The notes under the pieces: model-generated
What the model saw: the letters and a program-made list of their open reading frames with translations, nothing else
What the model was told of the DNA's origin: nothing
The model's database searches: none
Position numbers and translations under genes: made by a program
Source: Octopus bimaculoides
Lineage: Eukaryota
Reading direction: 5' to 3'
Assembly: GCF_001194135.2 (NCBI RefSeq)
Contig: NC_068986.1
Span: 46,369,939 to 46,433,938 of the forward strand
Length of the DNA stretch: 64,000 nt
Part shown: positions 51,171 through 63,862 of the stretch, in pieces
Layout: each line of letters starts with the position of its first letter
Position numbering within the stretch: position 1 is the stretch's first letter

Positions 51171-54100
51171 TGATAGCATTGCATGATAGTTATAAAATGA
51201 GTTCCGCTGTCATATTTTCATTCCTCAGTGGAAACATTTCCAGTTATGAAGAAATATTACTTAGGAACAAGCGAGTGTCAGTGACTGGAAGGGTATTTGA
51301 CAATAGAAGTTCTATCTCAATGCATGCTGAGTCATGCAAGCAAGAGGAGTAGACACTGGTCATGGGTGATGGTAGCGGTTGTTGTTGTTGTTGTAATGGT
51401 GGTGGTGGTACAGTAGTGGTGATGAAGATGACGATGATGATGGTGACAATAATGATGATGGTAGTTTCCCATTGCAGAATAATATAAAAGTTGTTGTTTA
51501 GCCACATATCAGTTCTGAGAGAAGAAGAAGACTATTTATCAAGGCCATTCCAGCCATGACCTTACCATTAATTCTTAAAGGAAATATGTGATACAAATAC
51601 CAGCAGCAACAATATTTATTATATCCTTTAAACAGGTGGTGTAAGTGAAGGGAGATTTTTTGAAGTTATTTCTAGCATGTTTAGTGACTATGTAGAATTT
51701 TTTTTATTAACTCATAAAACACAAAGAGTATTCAGTCATGGGCTTAAATAGCTTATACATATATTTCTATTGCACAGTGATTGAGAGTACATTTAATCAA
51801 AATAAAATATTTTATAACCAAAGTTATATATCTTCTCATGACAAACTATTTTAGATTAATCAAATTTACAAACGTAAAATGTGTAAAAGTATATATCATA
51901 AGGAACGTTTTATTGTGCTAGACTGTTTTTATTTTCACATTTACTTATTTTATACAATTCCATAAAATGAGCAGAAGGTTTTGTATTTCTGTATAGTAGA
52001 AGTTAATCATTGACAGAATGGTAAATCAAGTGATAAAATGTAAGATTTGTGTTGCTGCGTGTTTTATCAGCAATGTATAGAAAATTTACAGGAGGAAAGA
52101 CCCTCCGGGTATAATGGACTTCAGATTGTTGAAAACAGATATATGTTGTAATTAGTTTTTGTAGAGCAGTGAACCCATATTAAAAGACATCTGAAGCATT
52201 TAATCAATAGTAATACTTTATCTAAAGTCACAACTAGATGTGTATATCAGTGTGTATGCTCAAAGATTACAAACTTCCCAGCTGCAGATATCTTTGTACA
52301 TGTGAAACTATGCACATCCTTAAAGGATCTTTGAAAGGTCAATTCTAGAATTTATAAATCTAAATACCTGTCTCAGCTAGATCAGATAAGATTTTTAACT
52401 TTTACATTGTATTCCTTACAACTAACATCAAATATCTTCAAAATACTTAAACCTTCTAGTGTAAATATTGCTTTCAAATTTTGGCACAAGGCCAGTAATT
52501 TGAGTGGAGGGAATAATTTGATTATATTGATCCCAGTGCTCAGCTGTTACGTATTTTATCAACCCTGAAAGAATGAAAGGCAAAGTCAGCTTTGGCAGAA
52601 TATGAACAAATCATAAAAACAGATGAAATTTTGTGAAGTATTTTGCCTGGCATGATCACAATTCTGTTGGCTCACCACTCTGCTTTCTTAACAAATGTAA
52701 AAATTAAAATCATTAAACATAACCTTATGTTTATCTATATCTTAGATAGAGACAAACATCTGTCCATCTCTCTGTAATCATCATCATTATCATTGTTTAA
52801 TGTTTACTTTTCTGTGTTAGCATAATTCAAATAGAATTTTGTTGATGCAAATTTTCTACAGCTAAATGTCCTTCATGTCACCAACGACTAGCCCACATCT
52901 GTTTCCATGTGAGGTAACATTTCTTTATGGCCTGATATATATTTTTCACAGAAGACTAGAAATAAACAACATTGCTGGTATGATGGTGATATTTGATTGT
53001 AACAACACACACACACACTTGAACACACATACACACACATGTACATGAACACACGCATAAATACATATATGCATATATATTCATATATACAACAGGCTTC
53101 TGCTAGTTTCTGTCTATCAATTCCACTCACAAGACTTTGGTCAGCCCAAGGCTATAGTAGAAGGCACTTGCTCAATGGAACTAAACCCAACACCACATAG
53201 TTGGGATGCAAACTTCATGATCATATTGCCACACCTATGTCTTTATACTGAATGCCATAATTTTGGTAGAAAGAATGAGAAATAAAATGACAATGCTAAA
53301 ATAATATATATGATACTAACAGAGTTAGCAGATAAATAAAAAGATCAGTTATATGATAGTAATGACAATAAACCTCAGTAATGACAAGAAACACTGGTAT
53401 AGTGTAAGATAAAGCCGTAGAACAAGCAACAAGGGAATGGATAATGCAGGTATTCATTTATGGAAATGAATCTATTATCTGCACAATCTCTAACAAAAAG
53501 CCTGTCAAACAATTGGTTACTTAACAGTTACCATACTTGCTATTTGTGAGCCAGATTGACTTTAGTGTGAGCAAGAAAATAGACAAATTGTCATTATAAA
53601 ATATCCCTTATGACAAAGTCATTCACCAACATAGATGAGTGGTTAATGGGATCAATTTGAAAGTTATGAGAGACAAACAACTAAGATAATGAAAATTTAA
53701 AAGCTAAAAGATAACTCCAAGAGATATAACTTCTATATGATACCAACAAGAGAGGCAGAAATACAGAATCTGAGAACAACAGGATATTATTGACAACCTA
53801 CTAGTCTATCTACAACAGTAACTGATCAAGCTCAAATAGTGGCTCAATGAAAACAATAGATAACATGATGGTGAGATATAGTTATAAACATAACTATACA
53901 AGATGTGTCTATATTGAAACATGTAGACGAAAAAAGCATAGGAAATCATAAATATAGAATAGATAAATTCTAAATGTTATGTGATAGCTTTTAGTAAAAT
54001 AGAGCAGAATATTTTTCAAATTGTAAGTCACAAAAAGTAACAAGTATTTGATATTGAGAGGTATTCCTGATAAATTAAATTCTATAAATGCGTTTATATT

Positions 54101-54929
54101 TACTTAGTGACAATGTAAAAAGATTTTAAAGTATCCAAATGAAAATTTGTTAAATAATAAATATGAATTTAATTGTGATAACTGATCCTCAAAAGAGTTC
54201 AGAAAGGCACTAGCAATGAAGACAATCATAAAGAACTTAGAAATATTTTAGTCAGTCTTCACCTGTCCACCTATCCTCTTTTAATAACAACCTGCTTGAG
54301 GCCACATCTTGTTTGATAATACAAAAGTCTTAAATTTTATAGTGTTAATATTTAAATTGAAACATTTTCTTAAAACTCTATGTAAAAAAGAAAAAAAAAC
54401 CCACTTGTTATATTCCAAATACCAAATATTGATGAAAAATTAATTATTTTACAAAGCCTTAGAAATTCTTGATTATTTTCAAAATTAATAAGAAATATAG
54501 CTATGAAAGGGTTATGGGTATAAACAGATATATTACTAAAAGGATAAATTGCAGGAATCTCAAGTAAATAAATATCTTTGGGAAGATAGTAATGAAAGTT
54601 CCATCAGTGTTTAGTGTATAATATTTCTGGTTGGATAGAATGAAGTTTATGATGTGTTTGACATGGTATATTTCAAGTGAAATTGCAGTTCTATCTGGCA
54701 TTTACCTACACATAAAAGACCTTTGATTCTCTGATGAATATTTAGAAAGCTATATGATGAATGAATGTGTTACAAGGACAATTTAGGTTGTACATATTTT
54801 TCTTTTTCTTTCAAATAGGATTAGTTGAAAATTCATTGGTTATATGGATATTCATCAATGATTTGTCTTCAAGTAAGGGTAAATAAAACTACAAGAGTTC
54901 AAACATGTATGCAGACTTGAATTTTTGTA

Positions 54930-55207
54930 TATTTTATAGCTGAATGTATAAGTAAGATATAGATTGTTGACATGAAATATTACATAGATAATATTATGTT
55001 AATAGTAGGAGCACCAGAATCCCCAAAACATAAGAGAAGCCATATTACTTGTCATGCAGTAATCTCTATTTTATAGCTGAATGCAAAAAGGAAAATATAG
55101 ATTGTTGACATGAAATATTTCATGGATGATATTAAGATACATGTTAATAATAGGAGCACAAGAATACCAAAGTGTAAGAGGAGTCATTACTTGTCATGCA
55201 GGAATTC
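54930..55207 (+). repeat. Old tandem duplication, two ~137-140 bp units
   Basis: Units start at 54930 and 55067 (tattttatagctgaatg...atagattgttgacatgaaatatt...ttacttgtcatgcag). Confidence 0.85.
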
Positions 55208-55606
55208 AATATCATGTTAGTGAGTACAAAATAAATACATTGAGATCCAAGAAGACTTGTCACAAAATAAAATTCCTTTAACATTACACAAACTAGTGTA
55301 GTGACAGCATTATTGGTAGAATTTTGCTAACCTTAATCGACTCTACCTATGATCAGAGGCACTCCAATCATAACCATTCCATCTTTTCAGTGTTATGTCT
55401 GGGACTACATAATGCAATGAGTCATTTTTTGTTATTGACTACTGTTAGGTGCAGTTTGAAGAAGATTTGGCCTTTTCTACCAGGTCAAATCAAAGAAGCC
55501 CTTTTGCTAATTATGCAGATAAATTTTCTTCCTCCCTATTGTTAATTAATGCAAAGCTACAGTAATTCAAAAAGAAAAAAGGAGTGTAATGTAATGGATG
55601 AGCAAT

Positions 55607-56001
55607 TGTTGCTGTTGTTGTTGTTGGCACTCCATCACTTACGACGTCGAGGGTTCCAGTTGATCCGATCAACGGAACAGCCTGCTCGTGAAATTAACGT
55701 GCAAGTGGCTGAGCAATCCACAGACACGTGTACCCTTAACGTAGTTCTTGGGGATATTCAGTGTGATACAGTGTAACAAGGCTGACTCTTTGAATTACAG
55801 GCACAACAGAAACAGCAAGTAAGAGTGAGAGAAAGTTGTGGTGAAAGAGTACAGAAGGGTTTGCCACCATCCCCTGCCGGAGCCTCGTGGAACTTTAGGT
55901 GTTTTCGCTCAATAAACACTCACAACGCCTGGTCTGGGAATCGAAACCATGATCCTATGACCGCAAGTCCGCTGCCCTAACCACTGGGCCATTGTGCCTG
56001 C
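55607..56001 (-). mobile_element. Full-length tRNA-derived SINE with a (CAA)n tail and 13-bp target-site duplication
   Basis: TSD atggatgagcaat at 55594-55606 and 56002-56014; A/B boxes in the head. Confidence 0.95.
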
Positions 56002-58943
56002 ATGGATGAGCAATATGTACTTGTGATAAAAAGTTGAAAGTTAATGAGTTGGGAAAGTAAGCAGATATTAAAAATATTTGCTGGTATTTGCTGGAGAGAC
56101 AATTACATTGGTTTAGTCATGTTGTTTAGATGCACATCAATTTCCACTGAATAAACCTATGATCAAAGGTGTTCTGACAATGACTATCCTTGTCTTCAGC
56201 ACTGTATATCAAGGACAATATCATCTAGTCTGTATCTCCTTTTTCAAGGGAGTAGGGCATAAATCCAGGAAGAAATGTTTGTTATTCTTAGCAGATTGAT
56301 TAATAATATTGCAGTTCCCTCATTGGCTCTAGATGAATTGGTGATAAATGCTGTGCATTGTGATTTGATAAGAGGAAAACAACTAGTAAAAGCGATAGAC
56401 TAGACAAAGGTATACTTAGAAAGATATTCTTAGATAATTGAACCTCATAAAATAAAAAGAATCAACTCACATAGAAATACATAATACTGAGTGGTCTACA
56501 TTACTTACAATCAAAGAAATATAAATGTTAGACTCTTCATAGCGATAAAACCTAAATATCTGAATTCGATTTTCACTTAGTTGTCTAAGAAATAATTTTT
56601 CTTACTTAATACCTTGTTTTATTTTTCTTGTTATATGTAATTTATCCAATGTGAAAATCTACATTCAGTGTGTAAGGAATTAATTGTTAAAAGGATGCAT
56701 GAATATTAACTTATGTCTATGAAATCTGAAGTTTAGAAAATTATAGCTTCCAGTTCTCTCATTAATTAACTGTATTCATTACACTAAGCATATAATTTAT
56801 GTAACTAGCTTTCAATACAATAGTTATAAAAATTCTTTTATTTCTATTGGAAATAAAAACTTTTCATAATTGAAGTATTAAATGTTGGGTAAGTGGATAG
56901 AATTGCTTTTCAGGGAAACCTAGGAAAATATGGGACAAAGTGGTGAAGATTACTCCTTAAGATGCCAAGCCTCACAAAAGAGATGATACAGAACTGCAAT
57001 GATTGGTACCATTAAGTGCGGGGGGGGGAGTCTCACCTACCTGTGGAAGCATAATGAAATAAAACAGTAGTCGTGATGGACACTGAGATATGTAATATAT
57101 CTACATTTAGGTCATTCGCCACCTATTTTGACCCTGTTAAATTTCCATCAACTCCCTCCCTGCTTCTTTGATACACTCTTTGTCATTCACTATCTCTGTC
57201 CTCACCCTCTTCCCTCTTCACTGTATAATGCTACCTCTGTAATGAATGATGATTTTAGATCTGTACTTACTCAATATTCCCCTATCAGTATCTCTGTCAC
57301 AATTGTCCATGCCATCAGCTTTTGTACTGCTAGCCTTCACTTCCTCTCCTCCAAGTCATTTTGACATTCATCACCCCCCCCCCCCCCCCTCTAGAACTAT
57401 TTATCATTTACTTGGCAAGTGTACAGTTACTATCACTGCATTTTCCTCATTGCTATCAGCCACTAATGTTTGTTTTCCATTACTCTCTCCAGTGCTGTTT
57501 CGCCAAGTACTTGTTACTCTCATCTCAATTACTCAGTTTCTCCCATCGTACCTTCTTCACTTTCTCATTCTTATTCATCTAACAGTACACTTTGTAAAAC
57601 TGAATGGCATTAGGAATGGTATTCATTCATAAAAACCATATCAGAAATGGAACATGCAAGTGGGATGTGGTCCTCCCATCTTACTCAGACCATGATGAAC
57701 TCAGATGAACTCCCATCTAACTCAGACCATGGTCATGCCAACAAGGAAAGTGAATGTAAAAAGACAACAATACAACTGTTGCCACCACTAATGATGATGA
57801 CAATGCTGATGATGATGAAAGTGTCCTCATGCATTTCACAAAATCTTGGAACAGTAAGAAAGAAATGTAAATTTCAGGTGCGAAATCTCAATTAAACAAT
57901 CAGTTATTTAAATTCATTAAAAATTAACAGAATTAAGAAATTTACTTTGTAATGATGAGGTCCCAGTTCTGATATTACTGCACAGTGCCTTGAGTGAGTA
58001 CCTTCTATTATAACTTTATACTGACCCTACCTTATTGGTATCTCTTTGCCAATACACTAAGTTAGGAGGACATAAATATCCTACAAGTAGTGCAGGTGTG
58101 TGTGTGGGGGGGAATACAAATACACACATTTGTATGCATGCACATACACACACAAACATACATGTGTGCACACACACATATACTTTTGTGTGTGTGTATC
58201 TATCATTCTTAACACCCTCTTAGATCTCCCACCAAATTTCTCTTTTCACCTTTGTTCACCATTCACTGTGTCCACCATATCTTTGACCTCCATTGCTGTC
58301 TTGTCTGTATATCTCTCTCTCCCTCCACAGTACACTTTTACCCTCCCACCACACACATCATCTCCCTATTTCTTCATAGTTTTATTATACTATTGCTCTT
58401 CACCTTTTCTGTACTGGCACTTATCTTCTCCTTCCTTATCCACTCATATTCCTTTCACTTCACTTTCTCCACCAAACTTATATTTACCATCAATTATACC
58501 TCCACTCTTATTCACCATTCACTAAAATCACTTCTACCTCCATCTGTAATGTTTTGTCATTCACCTCTCACACACTTGTGAACTTAGATTCTCTGTCTGT
58601 TTCCTCTTCTACTCACCTTATTATGCCTTGATGTTACACTCTGAACTTTATCCCTTTATTCAGCTACTCCCATCCGCCCTTAGATAATGTGGGATAGTCA
58701 TGTATCTTCTGTATAGCAAGACACCAGTTTCGGTCTCTGTCCCTCTATCATAATTTTTCAGCAGCACCTAGCATAAAGCCACTTCTTTTTCCCTTTCAGT
58801 CAAAGGGGTATTTTTGCATTGCAAGTAATTAGACAATGTCACTAGTTCGGGTCTGTAAAGTGGAGTTTGGTGAAGTCCTCTAGCTCAGTGAATCATGTCA
58901 AACCGTCCAACCTATGAAAGACAAATGTTAAATTACACACATA

Positions 58944-58994
<51 letters not shown>

Positions 58995-59041
58995 GCACGC
59001 GTGAGTGCTGAAAAGTTCCTGGCTTAGGCAAAAGAAAGGTA

Positions 59042-59477
59042 CCTTTTGGTTATCTCACCCACAGTAAAATGTTGGGTTATCTCTCCCAACTAAAAACATT
59101 GTTTAACCCCCAATAAAACAAAAAAAAAAAAAAAAAAAAAAAAAGAAAAAAATAATAACCATGAAAATCGAAAAGATTAAACGTTTTATAGGATCTGATA
59201 ATATTCTTATAACAAATAATACCAAACTGAAAAAATTAATAAACACGAAAACTGAAAAAATTAAAGATCTTATTGAATCTAATAACATTATTATAACAAA
59301 TCATAGCATGCCTATTGAGGAAGCCAAAAGTCAACAATGTGTTGAGGTATTGAATCAAGAGGATCTAACCCTTTTAATCCAATCTCTTGTTGCCACATAA
59401 ACTGAATATTTTAGTGGGGCTATAACCTAATTTTTTTAATGGTAATTTTTTAAAGGGGGTGAGATAACCAAAAAATG
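59042..59477. mobile_element. TA-flanked MITE with 17-bp TIR core (ttttggttatctcaccc) and subterminal inverted repeats
   Basis: TIR cores at 59044-59060 and 59457-59473, TA at 59040-59041 and 59478-59479, and a second inverted pair at about 59071-59087 and 59415-59430. Confidence 0.8.
59161..59400 (+). CDS. 79-aa ORF inside the MITE with an internal ~18-aa duplication; product unknown
   Basis: ATG to TAA open in very A/T-rich DNA. KIEKIKRFIGSDNILITN vs KTEKIKDLIESNNIIITN align without gaps, with synonymous and conservative changes. Confidence 0.35.
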   Translation: MKIEKIKRFIGSDNILITNNTKLKKLINTKTEKIKDLIESNNIIITNHSMPIEEAKSQQCVEVLNQEDLTLLIQSLVAT

Positions 59478-59479
59478 TA

Positions 59480-59500
59480 TGGGTAGGTAGGTAGGTAGGC

Positions 59501-59557
<57 letters not shown>

Positions 59558-59985
59558 TGTTTCTTTATTAGCCACACAGGGCTGAACACAGAGGGGACAA
59601 AATACAAAGTAGAGCTTTTCTTTTTGGGAAGAGCAAAAAAAAAAACAAAGATGGGGGTAGACTTTTGATCAAAAGGAATCATGGGAAAGAAAGGTGGGGA
59701 AGCCAATCAATAGGGATTGTGCATCACAGAAATGTCATAACGTAAAGGGGAAAACAGATTAGGTTTATCCACGGAAAGAAAAGCTTACAGAAAAGACCAT
59801 TTTTGCAATAATGTCATGCAAAAATCACATTACAGTAAGTGACTCTCTTTTTTTTCTGTTTTATAGGATTATGCTCAAGGTGGCTCCATCATTCACACGT
59901 GCCATCCTTGCTACATTCACCCATCTTTTATTGAAACATTCACTAGACAAAACTTCCCTCTCTACTCTCACCTTCCTCTTCAAGT
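59480..59985 (-). mobile_element. L1/Tx1-type LINE 3' end (ORF2 C-terminus, 3' UTR, AATAAA, (TATC)n tail)
   Basis: SLINFFKYHLKRKVRVEREVLSSECFNKRWVNVARMARVNDGATLSIIL* (stop at 59861-59863), with ctaataaagaaacata directly before the tetranucleotide tail. Confidence 0.75.
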
Positions 59986-59989
59986 GATA

Positions 59990-60709
59990 CTTGAAGAAGT
60001 TGATGAGAGATTCACCACCATGTCATTGAGGAAGCATTGGACCTCATCTTTCACCTTGTTGTCATTGCTGAAGTGCATTCCGGCCAAATGTTCTTTCAAC
60101 TTAGGGAACAGGTGGTAGTCACTGGGTGCCAAGTCCAGACTATAAGGTGGGTGGGTGATGTCCTGTTTATGGTCTTCTGTGAGCATTCGCAGGAACCATC
60201 TTGTGCACACATGATATTGCAGCTTTTCACTCAAAACCCTATGAATGGTGCTTGGGGAAACCTCAGGAACCAAAATGTAGAGATCATTTAGATTGATCTG
60301 TTGATTTTCATGCAGGATTTGCTCAACTTTCGCGGCTGTCTTGTCGGAAATTGATGGTCGTTCACTTCTCCCTTCATCATGAATTTCAGTACAACCGGCT
60401 GCAAACTCCCTACACCACTTGCGGATGTTTTTGACATCAATGCATGACTTGCCATACACTTCTGTTAATTTCAATCGGCTTAATGCCTTTTGCGTTTAAA
60501 GACCAAATAACTGTGAGAACATCACACTTGGCGGGAGCATCAATCAGGACCTCCATCAGATATGACTGCCAAGCCAAGACTGAGCATGGCAGCGAGGCAT
60601 GCACAGGAGTAGGTGCATGCTCACCAAACACAACAGTGTTGCCAATAGCTGCATGCAGTTTCCTTGTGTCCTCAGCGCTTTGGATACCTTACTTTGGGGA
60701 TTATCCTCA
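59990..60709 (-). mobile_element. Mariner with left TIR, in-frame internal deletion and truncated 3' end
   Basis: TIR tgaggataatccccaaagtaagg after TA. ORF 59980-60474 reads VYG..VKNIRKWCREF..GRSERPS..RWFLRMLTEDHKQ|DITHPPYSLDLAPSDYHLFPKLK. Confidence 0.9.
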
Positions 60710-61071
60710 TATATACATATTTGTTGTGTGTGTGTGTGTGCATTACAAAATGTGCTACATGTTAACAATAAGGATATGTACAGGTAAAATAAAACTATAG
60801 TTCAAATGGACATGCACTAATTTGATCCTCTTTTCAGTTGTTAATTGAAAATCGTAACAGTTTTTGCACCTAAATAATTATTATTCATTCCAACAGTGTC
60901 CACAACTGATTAGACTTCCAAAGGTATAGACAACTGAAAAGGTAGAGACAAAAGAAAAGGAGTAGTGTATACAAGATCTCACCATCAAGAATGATGATGA
61001 GACAAATTGTGAGGACAGGGAAGGTACAAGACAAAATGAACAAAGAAACATATATATGTATGTATGTATGT

Positions 61072-61402
61072 TGGGAGAACAATGCCTGTCATCGCCACAG
61101 ATGGAGGAAGCAGGTTAAGGAGGGGATCGACACTTTTGAGAGAGCGAGTATCCAGCATGAAGAACTTAAGCGAGCTGCGCGAAAGCGCACGGCTCATATA
61201 GTGAATGGGGAAAGCTTAATCTGCAATGTTTGCAGTCATGTATGCTTGTCAAGAGCAGGGCTCATTAGCCACCAACGGAGCCACAAATGCAAAATATAAG
61301 TTAGTCCTAGAGCGCACTATGTTCCTGAAGGTCGGCAATGGTCTTCCACGGTCACGAGTAGACGGCCATCATGATTGTATGTATGTATGTATGTATGTAT
61401 GT
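61072..61402 (+). mobile_element. Young 5'-truncated RTE (BovB-like) LINE 3' end with a (TGTA)n tail
   Basis: Uninterrupted WENNACHRHRWRKQVKEGIDTFE..KRAARK..CNVCSHVCLSRAGLISHQRSH* (RTE C-terminal C2H2-like motif), flanked by (ATGT)n on both sides. Confidence 0.9.
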
Positions 61403-61594
61403 CAGTGGGTATATAGTTTCATGATTGGCTCAAGAGAGAAAAATTTCAAAATGAAATGAAAAAGAAAGCAACAAAGTTGTCTTTTGACCTAGATGTTGAA
61501 TAAAATGATGTATGGAGAAAAAATACATGCCTTATGGCCTTAACTAACCAAGAGAGATGAAAAAAAAAAAAACACCTTGTTACTACAAAAGCAA

Positions 61595-61635
<41 letters not shown>

Positions 61636-62464
61636 ACGTGCGCACATGCACATGTACATACACATACTGGACCATAGCATTATATTTGGAATTTTATTTT
61701 TGCCTTTCTGAAATATCTCTAAACTTTTCACAACTTTCAGTTCATGTTTCTTTGAATAAATGAAAGAAAAGTCTTCAGTGATCTTCTTTGATAACAATGT
61801 AATTGCCTGCTGTATTTCTATACAAAGAGATTACAGACTGTTCTGCTAACTAAAATTTCTCTAGTAAACTGAAAGACCTGTTATATTAAGTTACCTTTTT
61901 GTTCAAATAATAATAATAATAATAAATGAACTATAGACAAAGAGACAGTTGATATCTTTAAATTCCATACGAAGATTATAAAAACGAAACATCATCATCA
62001 TTTAACGTCTGCTTTCTATACTGGTATGGGTAGGATGATTTAATAGGGAACCAGCAAGCTGTAAGGTGGCATTGGACTTCAAAGTCATCTTTGGCATGTT
62101 TCTATGGCTGGATGCCCATCCTAAGATCAACCACTTTACAGAATGCACTGGGCATGTTTTTGTGCCACTGATACTAGTAAGGTGACCATGTAACTTGCAA
62201 GACAGAAAAAAGTGGAGAAGGAAAGAGAAGAAAAAGTTCCCACTACTAAGAATTATTTGAGAGGAGATGGTGGAAATGAGTGGCTGTATACCAGATGTTG
62301 ATAGACGGAGTAGCACAAGTGTCTTGTTATAGAGAAGATATATTTGAAAGAAATAAGAAGAAAATGATGCAGTGTTAGAGCAAACTCTCAAGGAACAAAG
62401 AACATTCAAGAATTTGAATAGGTACTTGGTGTATGCTATTAAAATAAAGGCACATAATTCTTTA

Positions 62465-62826
62465 TTCGTTTATTTCTTTCAGCCATTTGACTGTGGCCAT
62501 GCTGGAGCACCGCCTTTAGTCAAACAAATCGACCCCAGGACTTATTCTATGGTTTTTTTTTTGTTGAGCCACTAAGTTACGGGGACATAAACACACCAAC
62601 ATTAGTTGTCAAGTAATGGTTGGGTGACAAACACAGACAAACACACACACACACACACACACACACAATGGGCTTCTTTCAGTTTCAGTCTACCAAATCC
62701 ACTCACAAGGCTTTGGTCGCCCCGAGGCTATAGTAGAAGACACTTGCCCAAGGTGCCACACAATGGGACTGAACCTGGAACCATATGGTTGGGAAGCAAG
62801 CTTCTTGCCACACAGCCACGCCTGCA
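62465..62826 (-). mobile_element. Main SINE, near full length
   Basis: ttcagccatttgactgtggccatgctggagcaccgcc...cttgccacacagccacgcctgca. Confidence 0.9.
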
Positions 62827-63594
62827 TAAGTATTTTTTAAAAGATGGGAAAATATCAATATTTTAAAATAACTCTGTAAACAGGTAAATGCTAAAATTAA
62901 AGCACTAATTGTAGCAATGGAATAAATTATTGATTCCTAAAACAACTATACATAAAATTCCTTGTTTCCTTCATTTCAAAATAAAAAATAAATAAAAACA
63001 AAAGTTTGCCTCATAAATATGCTTTGTGCTAACTAACTTATTTTCCCTAATATCATTTCACTCGCTACAGCTATAGTTTAATGACCTGAATTTCATTTTT
63101 CTGAAATTGCTGCATTCATTGATTACTAATTTTTGAAAATCATTGTTAATATACTATTTGCAGGAACATTACAAATCACCATTCTTTGGTTTATGAAATA
63201 ATTCCTAATTTATTACTCTTTTACTTTATAATCTTTTGTACATTTTCTGCTATGTCCTTGCGTTAGTGTCATGTGACAGTATATTTTGTGCTTAACAAAA
63301 AGAACTCTAACCCTAATTTGTTTATAATTCGAGTGAACATGTTTAGTTATAATCAAGTTTAACAGAGTACATAGCAAATAATTATTTACACGCAAAACAC
63401 TTTCTGCCACTTATCATGAGGAACCTACACAGCTAACAACCTAAACTTTAGCCACTGGACTACATACAAACGCCTCCTATCCACTCTCCTACCAGACAGA
63501 TTAAATTTGGAATGCCTTGATTATAACTAAAGATGTTTACTCAACCGTGTTGGCCTTTACCTATATTTAACAAGAGCTGTGTTGTTTTTTTTTG

Positions 63595-63660
63595 TTTGTT
63601 TATGCACATGTGTGTGCATCAGTGTGCATGTGTATACACATATGTATGTATGTATGTGTA

Positions 63661-63711
<51 letters not shown>

Positions 63712-63726
63712 GCATGTGTGTTTGTT

Positions 63727-63780
<54 letters not shown>

Positions 63781-63824
63781 TACATATATACACACGTGCA
63801 CACACACACATATATGTACATATG

Positions 63825-63861
<37 letters not shown>

Positions 63862-63862
63862 C
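63595..63862. repeat. Compound (TG)/(TA)/(CA) microsatellite
   Basis: Directly visible; one of many such tracts in the window. Confidence 0.95.

Noticed and set aside
59850-59985. Strong plus-strand acceptor tttttttctgttttatag with open reading after it
   Set aside because: The minus strand is a LINE ORF2 C-terminus and 3' UTR, which explains the sequence.
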